Source of the DNA: Octopus sinensis
Taxonomy: Eukaryota
Length of the DNA stretch: 64,000 nt
NCBI RefSeq assembly: GCF_006345805.1
Contig: NC_042997.1
Coordinates: 57,226,001-57,290,000 of the forward strand
Direction of reading: 5' to 3'
Positions 24,420 to 36,915 of this stretch are shown piece by piece. The position numbers and the translations under genes are program-made. The notes beneath the pieces were generated by a model that was not told the origin of the DNA, ran no database searches, and saw only the letters and a program-made list of their open reading frames with translations. Position 1 is the stretch's first letter, and each line of letters begins with the position of its first letter.

Positions 24420-25250
24420 TTTCAGTGAAAGATAGCTTGTACAACGCATGTGTGCGAACTACCATGCTTCACGGCAGTGAAACATGGGCTGTGACTGCAG
24501 AGGACATGTGTAGGCTTGAAAGAAATGAAGCTAGCATGATCTGCTGGATGTGTAATGTCAGTGTGCACACACGACAGAGTGTAAGCACCCTGAGAGAAAT
24601 GCTGGACATAAGAAGCATTGGATGTGGCATGCAAGAGAGACATTTGCTCTGGTATGGTCATGTATTATGAGAGATATGTGAAGTGCCACTCCTAAACAGT
24701 TGAAGGAATCCGGGGTAGAGGAAGACATGGGATGAGGTGGTCAAGCATGACCTTTGAACGTTGGGCCTCACAGAGGCAATGACAAAAGACCGAGATCTCT
24801 GGAGATATGCTGTGACTGCGAAGACCCGACAAATAACATGAGTTCAGGCGGTTTCCTGCACCAGCAAATAACATGAGCTCATGGCTGTTTCCTGCACCAG
24901 CTTCACATAGCAGCCCCAGCCCATCCAAAGCACCTTGGATCACAAGACGGCCTGCTGTGCTTACCTTGGATCATAGGGCAACCTGCTGTGCTTGAGGAGA
25001 CCTATTGAGTCAAGTACATCAACATCAAGATAAAAATCAAATGGAAATTGTAGTTGTGATACCTGTGCCAGTGGCAAGTAAAAAGCACTCACTACACTCA
25101 TAGAGTGGTTGGCATTAGGAAGGGCATCCAGCTGTATAAACACTGCCAGATCAGACTGGAGCCTGGTGCAGCCTTCTGGCTTCCCAGACCCCGGTCAAAC
25201 CGTCCAACCCATGCTAGCATGGAAAATGGACGTTAAATGATGATGATGAT
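24420..25250 (+). mobile_element. RTE-clade LINE 3' part
   Basis: ORF 24425-24670 LYNACVRTTMLHGSETW...WYGHV, the family UTR and a (GAT)n tail at 25238-25250. Confidence 0.9.
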
Positions 25251-26229
25251 ATTTAAACAAATGATCAAGTGAGTGAGCTATGTGGTTGGTTGACCTACCA
25301 GAAATAATCAAAAATCCTCTTTATATCACAGCATACAGTCTTCAAGAAGGAATGGACACATTGGATAATGTAGTCATAGGTATTCTTGATCAGAAATAAA
25401 CTGAAGCTAAACTATAACAAGTATTTACATATAATTGCTGAATGTTTGTGGGGTAAAACATTACATTTAAAACACATTGAGCTTAAGTTGGAAATATATT
25501 TGAAATGTTTCATTACTTTGTATGAAAGTTACCTTAATAGAAATAATCAGAAAACCATGACATCAGACTGATATCAGTATTTATATACTACATCCAGTAA
25601 TTAGACCATATGTAGTTTACATCCATTATAGATTGTTACACTTGCATATATCCCTACTGTTTCACTAATTACACTCCCTCTGCTTGTTGATATAGTTATC
25701 AGACATAATTTAAATGATGATATTGATGATAATATACATACAGATTGAAATTTTTATTGTTTCTTTTGTTACTAGAAATACAACAGCTGTAGCTTTTGGG
25801 ATTTGGAAGCAAAAGAAATAAATCAAATATCTGCATCTAGATTATGTTGTTTAGCCAAATTTAGTGTTGCTAGAACCCTATAATTAAAAGGCCCAGATTT
25901 CCTGGGGGTTTTTCTCCTCTCAAACAAGATATCTAATGTGTCTTTTTCTAATAAAGGTAATAATTTGATAGATTTGGTTGCTATTTCTAGCAAGTCAAGC
26001 AATCATGTAAAGGCTACTTTGTTGGATTATCCAGTTTAGGTTGTAGTAGCTATTAACAGTATTCAGAGAATATTTAATGACCTTAGCATTTTGTAGCAAT
26101 TTGAATGGAATATGCAATGACTTCACCATTATGTTTCTATGTTTCAAACACTAATTGTTGACAGTAGACTTGAGCATTGATTGTTGCATTAGGTAGTAAC
26201 AATTCAAAGTGAATTACTCCTTTGCAATC

Positions 26230-26530
26230 CCACCAGATAGAGAGAACCTTTTCTCTTGAAGTTCCCTCCTTGGTTGTGGTTGAGTTTTTTCCCTTTTACC
26301 AAGCCACTGTTTACAACATTTAACATTTCAATAGAAGATCCATTTTTCGTCACAAGTCTGTCCAAAAAGGGTGAAATGAGTTTGCGAGAATGGAGAGAAG
26401 AGCAGATGTCAACTCAGGATTTGCGGTTGCTTTCGGGCAATTCATGAGGCACCCATTTTCCAAGTTTAGGAACTTTTCAAAGTTGTTGAAGATGACGATG
26501 AACAGTTGTATGGTTGGAACATGTATGCAT
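26230..26530 (-). mobile_element. mariner transposase fragment
   Basis: Minus strand reads TTVHRHLQQL*KVPKLGKWVPHELPESNRKS*VDICSSLHSRKLISPFLDRLVT followed by EKWIFY-like sequence after a frameshift. Confidence 0.85.
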
Positions 26531-28484
26531 ATATACATACACACATATGTATACACATCAACATAATACTGTGAGAGTGAGAACAAGGGAAACAATTGAG
26601 AAATGAGCAATATGGGTATGAACCTTTATTGTCAAGAGTGGACAAGATTCTTGTTACAAATAATTTACAAGTAATGAATTTATGGATTATTGAGAAAGAA
26701 GGTTTATCCAACCAGAAAATGTTAAAAGAAAAATAATGCAACAAAACAAAGGCTGAAAGAGCTTTGTAATTGCTGGAGGAATATTGTGTAAATGGTCAAA
26801 ATCAAATTCTGGAAACCTCCTTTTATAACTTAAGGGGATTCCTATAGAAAACTCAAGTATAATTTCCATAGCTTCATGGGGCCAGGAACAGGGGGTGCAA
26901 GTACACCTCCTAAAATTTTTGTTGGGTGCAAAATCGAAATTTGCATTCCTACTTACTTTTCAAATGTTTAGAAAACAGTGAGTAAAAAGTGATTTGTATA
27001 AAGTAGCTTGAAGTCAAGTTTCTTCTCAGAGAACAAAGAACAAAAATAAAACAACAATATCACCTTGTTTGTAAAAAAATTTGGATCTGAGTTTGCACCT
27101 ACTAAGCAAATTTTATTCTTGAGCCAGTACATAGCACAATCCCTTCCACAGCAGAATAATAGTGTCACATAACTTTCCCAGGTAAATCTGATACTTACTA
27201 TCTAGACCATAAGTGAACCAAAGCAATTGTTGAATTGTAGAAGATTTACAATCCACAGAGTTGTAATTAAATCCTTTATTCAGTCATTTTACATATAATG
27301 TCTGCAGACTAATGATATTTATATAAATGTTTGCATCATATGCATAATATATTGCACATATTTCCATACGTAGTTAAGTATTTATTTGAATTTAATACTA
27401 TTATATTTACACATACTTATCAACATATACACATTAAAGATGGAAAACACTGCATAAAATGCTCATATATTTGTGTACCTGCAAGTGTGGTGAGAACATG
27501 ATAGCTCATTGATAGAGTTTTCCGAGAACTGTTACATGCAATTCAAAAGCAAGTTAAGAGTATTTGTACTAATAAAAAATTAGGCTTACAGTGATAACTT
27601 TAAAATTTACCAAACATACAAAAGCTGTTTCTGAATTTGTTACTAAATTTAAATTGGTTCACTAACAACAAACACACCATTCTGCCATATTCTACAGATG
27701 TACCAGAATTTACACCTACAAACTGAATTGAAGACAAAGACATACAGTATGCTTTGGTGGCTACACTGCACCCTATACAACCACACTGAAACAGAACATA
27801 GTCCAGATGAGAGACCTATATGTTGCTCTTTTCATATTCTATTGGCTATCTCTGTTGCAACAGCAGCAACAATAACAAAACTATTAATACAAGCAAGTTA
27901 TTTAGTACAAACAAATTCAATTAAAATAATTACAATAAATCAAAGTTGTTGTTATTTTAACATGTTTTCTATGTTAGAAAAGAGCAGGATGGGTTGGCTT
28001 GCAATACAGAATGTTTCTATTTGTTTTAAATCTACAGCATATTAACTGTAAGCTAAGCATTCTTACTTCCTTTTGAGTTCATCACTGCCTTGGGTAACTT
28101 CCATCATTGCGTCATGATAATTTTCTTTTCAGCCAGCAAGTAACATCTATGCATATTACATTGTCATGATAGTGCAGGTACCTCTCATGCACACCTTCAG
28201 GAATACCTCTGATGCCAAGCTATTTTCACAACTGACATACACTCAGCCTTTATTCAAAATTGTCTCTAGAGATCTAACCTAATCACTCAGCTTTCAAGGT
28301 CACTGCTTACATAGACTTTCCTATGTACAACTTTAGGAAGCTGTTTATCTTCTGTGGTGTCAAAGAGCTATTTCTTTCTCATCCATACCTTGGTTACTAT
28401 ACTTTTATTAGAACCACAGCCAACACTAATTATATCACCTTAGTAAAACATTCTAGTATGTAAAACTACTAGTCTGTAGCATTC

Positions 28485-28790
28485 ATCATCATCGTTTAAC
28501 ATCCATTTTCCATGCTGGCATGAGTTGGACAGTTTGACTGGGGACTGACAAGCTAGGAGGCACCAGGCTCCAACTAGATCTGGCAATGTTTCTACAGCTG
28601 GATGCCCTTCCTAATGCCAACCACTCTGAGAGTGTAGTGAGTGTTTTTTATGTGCCAGTGGTATGGGAGCCAGTATGGTAGTACTAGCATTGGCCATGTT
28701 CGGATGGTGCTTTTTACATGCCACTGGCACGGGATGCCAGTCAGGTGGCTCTGGCAGCAACCCACGTTTGATTGGTGCTTATTGTATGTT
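28485..28790 (-). mobile_element. RTE-family 3' end
   Basis: CATCATCATCG tail, then GGATGCCCTTCCTAATGCCAACCACTC and minisatellite units. Confidence 0.8.
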
Positions 28791-28799
28791 GCCAATAAG

Positions 28800-29473
28800 T
28801 ATCCCTCTTCTTAAAACATTGAACTTGCAATTGTCAAGCTTCAACCAGTTTATAAGGACACTGCCATGAGCAAAACACAAGTTTTTGAGTGGTTTTCACA
28901 CTTTAGGCATGGTCACTTGTCACTTAAAGACCAACTTTGTTCAGGGCAACTGCCCACCTCCCAAAGGAATGAAAACATTATGAAAATTTATGAACCAATT
29001 TTGGAGGACTGTCACAGAGTAACAGATGAACTTGAAATGATAGTGTGTCCTGGAGCTCCTGCTAACAAATTTTGAGTGAAGAATTGTGAATGAAAGAGTT
29101 GCAGCAAAATTTGTGCCTCGCTTGCTCACAGAAAATCAAAAGCAGTCATGAATGCATGTCATGAACTGAAAGAACAGTTGGGAGTTGATCTGGGCCTCAT
29201 TTTGAAGAACATCACTGGTGACGAAAGTTGGTGCTACAAAATTTGCAGATGAGGAAGAGGTGAAGAAGAAAAATAAAAAAGTCGACAGAAGCATTAAAAG
29301 GCATCACTTCACAAGAGTTCCAGCACTGCTTCAAACAGTGGAAAATGCATCTGGACCAATACATTGCTTCAAATGGAGAATACTTTGAAGGTGATTAAAG
29401 TGTAAATGTGCAAAACTAAGTGAATAAAATAATATTGCAAAATTCTGGGGTTTTTTTGGGGTACCATCTTGCA
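28800..29473 (+). mobile_element. Internally deleted mariner (irritans-like), right TIR only
   Basis: MSKTQVFEWFSHFRHGHLSLKDQLCSGQLPTS resembles the mariner N-terminus, and ITGDES and ASNGEYFEGD* are present. The right end TTTTTTGGGGTACCATCTTGCA|TA is visible. Confidence 0.8.
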
Positions 29474-30599
29474 TATAGATTTGTAGATCTGTCTGAACTT
29501 GTATAAGCAAAAGAAAATTGGGCAGAAATTGAAAAATATTTATGAGTATAAGAACAAAAAGAGAATGAGTATGTCAGGAAAAAAAGCATTACAAATTGGA
29601 GAAAATAGGGAAGAGAAAAAATAATAGAAGAGAGAGAGAGAGAAATAGAAGAAAAACAAGCACAGAAAAATATATACAGTAAAAAAAGATAAAATAAGTG
29701 AAAAGAAAACAATTATCTAATATTAATAAAGTTTACTCTGTATTAGATTGACCAGTCATTAGTCTTAATTTAAATACATTACATCATGTTGGGTGGATAC
29801 AAATGCTAGTACTTAAGTTTGCATCATGAATGCTTATCTTAGATCTTGATTCCATGGTCTATCACAACTATTACAATATATTGCTAGACTCGGCTCTTTA
29901 CTCTACATGACTAATCTGGAAGATCAACTTCCAGTTGATCAGAAAGAGCTGCAGACAAATTAGTTTCTTATCCCAGTAAACTTCTTTCTGCTGAATGCAA
30001 TAAAAACCAGTGATGAGTGACAATGAAACTGATTCTTGCAACATGAGTGCTTTTTTTAAAATGCCTTACTCCTTGACAAAAAAAAAATACTAAAACAAAA
30101 TTAAGCATCTAAACACATTTTAAACATTAAACATATTTCCATATTCTCCATTATTTAATTAAAAAAGTATGAAGGTATCAATGCATAACATGGTCAATTT
30201 TTCATGTCAATTATTTTGATGGAAGGAGGCCACTTTTCTTCAACCTTAATCATAGTTGAAAGAGTCAACTCCAGTATATTATCAATGCTTATCAATGCTG
30301 AATGAATAAAAGTTACAGTTGACTGCAATTAGATGTTGAATCTACAGGGATGTTCTCAGCTGATCATCCAGAATGGCACCACCCTCCTCATTCAGGGTGT
30401 TAACTATAATTTTAGAAAGATGCACATGATTCATCCTCTCATTGGATGTTTCCCAGAAGATTACTTGGTTAGATGGGAATCCTCTAGCAAGAATAGGGTA
30501 CTGATCATAAAATGAAATAGGTGGCATCTCTATCATTGAGTCATTGTAATCAGTAGGTGATTATGTATTTAACTAGACAGAAACCATTATCCAAATTAA

Positions 30600-31036
30600 C
30601 ATCATCACATAGTCTTTGGATGCATTTAGCAGAGTGGAAATTGTCGCTGTGATACCAGTGCTGGTGGTACATAAGAACCATCCAAACGTGGCCGTTGCCA
30701 GTGCTGCCCTGACTGGTTTCCGTGCCGGTGGCACGTAAAAAGCACCATCCGATCGTGGCCGTTTGCCAGCCTCGCCTGGCCTCCGTGCCGGTGGCACGTA
30801 AAAAGCACCATCCGACCGTGGCTGTTTGCCAGATTCGTCTGGCACCTGTGCAGGTGGCACGTAAAAAGCACCCACTACACTCATGGAGTGGTTGGCGTTA
30901 GGAAGAGCATCCAGCCGTAGAAACATTGCCAGATCAGACTGGGCCTGGTGCAGCCTTCTGGCTTCCCAGACCCCAGTTGCACCGTCCAACCCATGCCAGC
31001 ATGGAAAGCGGACGCTAAAAGATGATGATGATGATG
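30600..31036 (+). mobile_element. RTE-family 3' end, young (CpG-rich) copy
   Basis: Three near-identical GTGCCGGTGGCACGTAAAAAGCACC-type units, CCATGCCAGCATGG hairpin and (GAT)n tail. Confidence 0.88.
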
Positions 31037-32399
31037 TTCTGTTGTAAGTATTCAGGTCAGGTCTTCATCTGGAGAATGCCTTCCCCTTTTGCTCCTCCCA
31101 GTCTTGGAAACCCTAGAAAGGGCCATAAGCACTGATTTTCCTCACAATTAAGCTAGGAAAAAAAATACTAAAACTTTTAGTCATCATTGCTACCCACTTC
31201 TAAGAACATGGTGTCATAATTAAATCTTAGCACAATAAACAACAGTTATAGACATAATTCATTTGATATTGGATGTGAATAGATGTCTTTAATCCATAAT
31301 AAAGCTAAAATCAAGGGAAGAGCTTTCATGTAAGTCAATTTCCATTGAATGTATTTCCTCTTTTTAAGTGTTCTGACTCCAAATAATTTGAAAACTGATC
31401 CTAAAACTCCTTAGATTTAAATCAAACTAATATTAAACTAAATACATGTCTAAGACTACTGATGTTAAACTGAATGAACTAGCATTCCTGAGAAAACAGA
31501 CTGAAGCAACATTAAGTAGAAAATATTAACTATTAAAGGCAAAAGAAAAATTATGAAAAGAAACCAAAACTTGTAAAGAAGTGAAATCTTTGATACAATA
31601 AGAAAAATAAGTACTATTGTAAGGTAAACAAATGATTTAAAGCAATAAATATTGAAGTAGTTATAGGCAAGAACGCGAATTATCAATAGAAGAAAGCTTC
31701 ACAAGCTGAAAGTGAAGCACATCCTATTTAGTGTCAAATAAATCAATATGTGTTGGTTTCTATCACAGCCTTTCCCTCTGCTTCTCCCCTCCCTTTCTTT
31801 TCATTACTCTCACTGAAAGACTTTCCTCTTGAAATGTTCAATTGCTCTTAATTTATTACATATTGACACAACCCAAAAGAACAAATGTCAGGATATAGTA
31901 GTTTTGTAGATAAGGAATACAGAAAGAAAGAAGGGAATAATAAGAAAAAAGAATAAGAAAACAGAAAAGAAAATAATGCATGCAAAAAAGAAAAAGCATT
32001 GGTGTTTGATGATTGGGTTCCATTTTCTAATTAAGCCTGCTAACTGGTTCATCAAAATAGAACAATATAATTTGCACACTACATCATGTAAAAACTCAAT
32101 ATAAATCAGTGTATTGGTATACAAAGGTATGTCTGTATGTATATCCAAGCATAGTGCTAAGCTGCAAGAAGTTTACAGAGAAGCAAGAAACCACAACCAG
32201 ATTTATTGATTTCAGTTAAAACTAAACTGAAAGACTTAGGTGAGAGTAACAATTATTGCATATGGAGCAATATAAATGATAAGAGAATCTCGTTCCAAGA
32301 ACCATTAGAACACTAATAGCATGAAGTAGTAACAGAATATATACAGCATTAAGAGCATGCAGGCATACAGAGTTGTACTGCCAACATTATACTCTTTTG

Positions 32400-34110
32400 C
32401 ATGTATCTTCAAGTTGTATTTGACTTCTGCCAATAGCATGTCTCTGATTCTACCTATTCTTCACATGTCTGAAGCTGAATCAATTATGACATCCCAGTCA
32501 CCTCCATCTCATCTACCCTCCCCATGGGTAGTTGCCCTCTTCCATTTGAACCTTCAGTTTTTTTTTCTCATCCACCTTCTTTATGTGATTAAGAATTTTA
32601 AATCTTTGACAGTCAATGCTTCCAAAGTATTTACAAATTTTACTTACCGCCGCATTAATCTATTTGTTATTTCTATCCCTCCAAAGTTCAATAATCATAA
32701 GATTTATATTACAAATGCATTACTCTTCTTTATACCTTGCTATTTCTTTTTAATTACCCAGCTTTCACATACACACTAGATATACCATTGACTTTTAAAA
32801 TCTCACCTTTATTCTTAGTAACATTTTAAAATATTTTTCATAATATACTCTTGTCCCATCATCACAGCATTTTCAATAGTTATTCTTTTCATTTCATTTC
32901 ATTTGAGCATCTTTCCACTTTTCAGTCTTGGATTCAGAAAAGTTAACTCCGTTTTCTGATTTCCAATCTGAAATTTCTTCAAGTTAACATAACTTTGTTT
33001 TTTTTTTTAATTTATATTCAGTTTCAATCAAAGGTTTGCACTTTCTTCTCTTAGCTTTTCTAGCATTCTCCTCAAACCCTCTTGGTTTTTCACCAAAAAC
33101 TATATGCCATCTGCATATTTCAGATTGTAAATTGTCTGCCTCATTATTTTTAACTCCACCCATTTCACCTAATCCTGCTTGTCCCAAGATATTTTCACTA
33201 TACATGTTGAAAAGTATAGGGGAAAATATGAAACCTTATCTAGCTCATTTTTTTATTGCTAAGTATTTGATGTCTGAAAATCTATCCTTAATGTAACTTT
33301 TTGTTTTGATTAAAAGTTTTCCATGAGAAAGACTAAATACTTGCACATCACTTTTCTTTAGTATAGGGATATTTACTGATTTCTTCTATTATTTTAACCA
33401 TTTTCACTTCTAAATATTTTAAAGATTTGTATGATGATATTCCTATTGAAGAATATCATCAGATGTTTTCAACAGTTCAATAGGAATATCATCTGTATTA
33501 GATTAGATGTTTTCTCTTTTACTAGTTCAGAAATTGTCCAACATACCTCTACTTCAATTGCTATGTTCTTTCTCCTCACACACCTATAATGAAGATTCAT
33601 CATCTCTTTTGTACAACTCTTCTGCATATTCTTTCTATTGTGCTTTAACAGAACCTCCTTGAATTATATCTTATCCTTTTTTTATGCTATGAAAATCAAA
33701 TTCAAGGGATAAATTATCAGTAATTTCCTTTATTTTCTTGAAAAGGTTCTTATCTCTTACTTTCGGTTGATTTCTTTCAGATATTTAACATTCCTTTTTC
33801 AAATAATTGATTTTTTTTTTTGCCACATGCTGGAATTAACAATTCAATTTTCTCAATTCCTTAATACCACCTGTTGTTTCTGTTTGCTGCTATTCTACAA
33901 TTCCTATTGTTGTTGCTAAAAGCCATTTGTCTGTCTCTTACTATTTTTCTTCTAGTAAAATGATTTCTTGTTGCTTCTTGAACAATGTCTTACATTTCAT
34001 GCCATAACTCTTCAGGATGTGTGTCAATGTTATTATGAATTGATTAATGACTTACACAGCTTCATTTTCAAGTAATTCCTGGAGATTGTACCTCTCTGCC
34101 CCCTACTTGA
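32400..34110 (-). mobile_element. Old RTE-BovB-like LINE relic
   Basis: Minus strand reads PEELWHEM*DIVQEA, NLFKKIKE, EYAEELYKRDE, IPIELLK, ENILGQAGL, NLKYADG and REESA..LKLNI. These parallel BovB-type motifs PEELW.EV.DIVQE, EYTEELYKK, NNLRYADD and KEES.K.GLKLNI. Many stops. Confidence 0.72.
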
Positions 34111-34441
34111 TTTTATTTTAATTTATAATTTGATCTTGTATTAAATATAAGCTGTTGAATATCTGCTGCCTAAGCAACCCCTAGTTAAGTAAAAAATCAA
34201 TTGAATCACAATATTATTCACCAGGTGATATCCATAAATATCATCTCATTGGTTGCTCAAAATAAATGTATTAGCTCTGCATAGAAAATTATCTACATCT
34301 AACTCCAATTTTATTCTTTTCATGTAATCCATATTATCCATTTAATTCTCTCCAACTTTGCACTAAAGCCTTCTATAATAAAGAGCATCTCAGCTTGGTA
34401 TATCATCAGTTACAAGTACTCGTTAAGAGTGATTTAATAGA

Positions 34442-34852
34442 TCTTTTGTTTCTTTTACTTGTTTCAGTCATTTGACTGGGGCCATGCAGGAGCACCACCT
34501 TTTAGTAAAAGAAATCGACCCCTAGACTTATTCTTTGTAAGCCTGGTACTTGCTCTATCAGTCTTTTCTGCCAAACTACTAAGTTACGGAGACGTAAACA
34601 CACCAACATTAGTTGTCAAGCGATGGTGAGTTGGGGAACAAACAGACACAAAGTCACAGACACATAGATATATACATATATATATATATGACAGGCTTCT
34701 TTCGGTTTCCCACTACCAAATCCACTCTCAAGACTTTGGTGGGCCAAAGGCTATAATAGACGACACTTACCCAAGATGCCATGCAGTGGGACCGAGCCCA
34801 GAACCACATGATTACGAAGTAAACTTCTTACCCCACAGCCACTTCTGCACCT
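34442..34852 (-). mobile_element. SINE family A, near full length
   Basis: Tail TTTTACTTGTTTCAGTCATTTGAC, internal (TA/CA)n tract, and head ending CAGCCACTTCTGCACCT. Confidence 0.88.
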
Positions 34853-35518
34853 ATGTATACACTAATTATCTGCAACTAACAAAAACATGCATGTATATTA
34901 TATACATGATATTCATATACACACATCTGTATACGTTTACACATATGCTTAAAACCTGTTACTGAAATTCCAGTTTTCTACTAAATGTTTGTCTCTGCTT
35001 AAGTTCCTGTTGACATATAGTCTAAGTACAAAATAAAACAAATATTTCAAAACTGAATACTGAAGTTAACTGAAGTAAGAAAATATCAAGTTTAAATATT
35101 GGACTTCTCTCACTGAAACTGTAAATAATATTCTTAATCTGTTTTTGATACTGAAAAACAAGGTGGAGGGGAAATAATCTAAAAATCTATAATGGAATTT
35201 GAATTAATATAAATATATTCTCCAAAACAGAAGATAAAATAATGCCAAAAAAAAATTTGAAAACAAAAAGGACTGTATTAGGAAACCAAAATTAGTTAAA
35301 TCCCATCTGCTGTAACTCATTTCCTGTTTAGCAGAAAATTTTTAATTATTTAAGAAATTCATGTTGATCTGCATTACAGAAGCACCACCTTATGAACTAT
35401 ATTTTGAACTGTTGAAGTTTGCATAGCATTTTAGATCTTTCAATATTTGTTATCTGTCTAACTGATATTCAACAAAACAAATGTAGATTACTCAGATAAG
35501 GAACAAGATAATGAATTG

Positions 35519-35553
35519 AGAGAGAGGGGAGAGAGAGAGAGGGAGGGAGAGAG
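35519..35553. repeat. (GA)n microsatellite
   Basis: Direct reading. Confidence 0.9.
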
Positions 35554-36690
35554 ATCGATCAAAAATTTACTCTCAAGTTTAAATTGTCAAAAAATTTTTG
35601 ATACAAATACAATTTCTAGTATAAGCAGAAAATAGCTATGTGAATGAAGATGGAGCTACTTTTTCTTTCTCATTACATACACCACGCCTACTAGTATCTG
35701 TAGTCATGACTACCATGTCAAAATCTGAAGCATTAGGACTTCTTGGAAAAGATACAGCAGTGGTCTCCCATTGCCTTCAGTTGGTTTACTTACAGTCTCC
35801 TGCTCTCCCAAGCTTACACTTGAGATATACAGCTTACCCATACATTTGTATGGACATACAGTACCTTGGGACAATATGTCCATACATAATTAGCCCTGCA
35901 CCAAATCCTGTATGCCTTAAATACAGGACCATCTTCTGTTATTTGACCTATAACTGAGCCCTTGAGAGGTACTACTACTCTGGTTCAGTATAGGCACTGT
36001 GGAACTGCAGCAGCCCCTATTTCCACTCGATATTATCAATAACATTCAATATAATGAGTCCTTTTTCGTTAATTCTTTCTTTATATTTCTACATTATATA
36101 ATCCTTAAGCTTAATGTCAGTAGCCATCCCCTAGTTTATGGAAAAAATACAAAAGTCCTTGTATAGAACTGCATGCTTCACAGTTCCAGTGACGCAGTGT
36201 TTGGCTGTTGTGTGCATGCTCACATGTCTGAGGTAGGAAGCTTCATACTAGGGAGAGAGAGCACTGCGTGAACGACAGTGCTGACTCCAGTGAAATGTAA
36301 TATTTCTTTTTGACTCCGTGTATATTGTGCTTAAAAACATGTTTATATTCTTGAATGTGATAAAGTATAGAATTAGATTATTATCCTGCTTCCAGCTTTA
36401 GTGTTGCTGCCAGGATTTGAAAACTAGGGCACTTTTTCACCCCTTATTTTGTTATTTAGGGGGAATTTTTGAAAAACAAAGGGGAATTTGCAGCAGTGTT
36501 CAGTGAACAAATTAAGCACACTATTTGACAGTGGCTAAAACACGAACTGATCAAGTTTACGTATAAATTTTCTTTTTATATGTTTGTTTCCTTTTACACA
36601 GTATTAAAACGGCTAAAAATTTTCTGAAACTAATTTTACCTACGAGCCACCACTGTCCTCAACTGAAGCCACACCATTCAATGTAGTTTA

Positions 36691-36915
36691 ATCCTTTTGT
36701 TACCATTTCTGTTGAGATGCTCTGTGTTTCTTTCAATTAATTTTAAATAGAACAAAGAATTTAGTAAAATAACTTAGTTATCATTAAGCTAGTGTTAACA
36801 TAAATTGTGACTAATGTCTGCTAAAAGATTCTAATTCAGAACTTTTGAAAACAAGTCATACGTACTACAGAGCCAGAGATGGTTTCAGCCATGATTAATG
36901 GGCAAAAGAACTATT
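36691..36915 (-). mobile_element. piggyBac-like MITE (same family as 44804-45022, opposite orientation)
   Basis: TTAA|TCCTTTTGTTACC; the body is the reverse complement of the 44804 copy. A more degenerate copy lies near 20525-20745. Confidence 0.6.

Noticed and set aside
36170-36300. Small hairpin GCACTG-CGTGAACGA-CAGTGC in a GC-richer patch (possible ncRNA)
   Set aside because: Only a 6-bp stem, with no complete snoRNA box set or miRNA-like hairpin.
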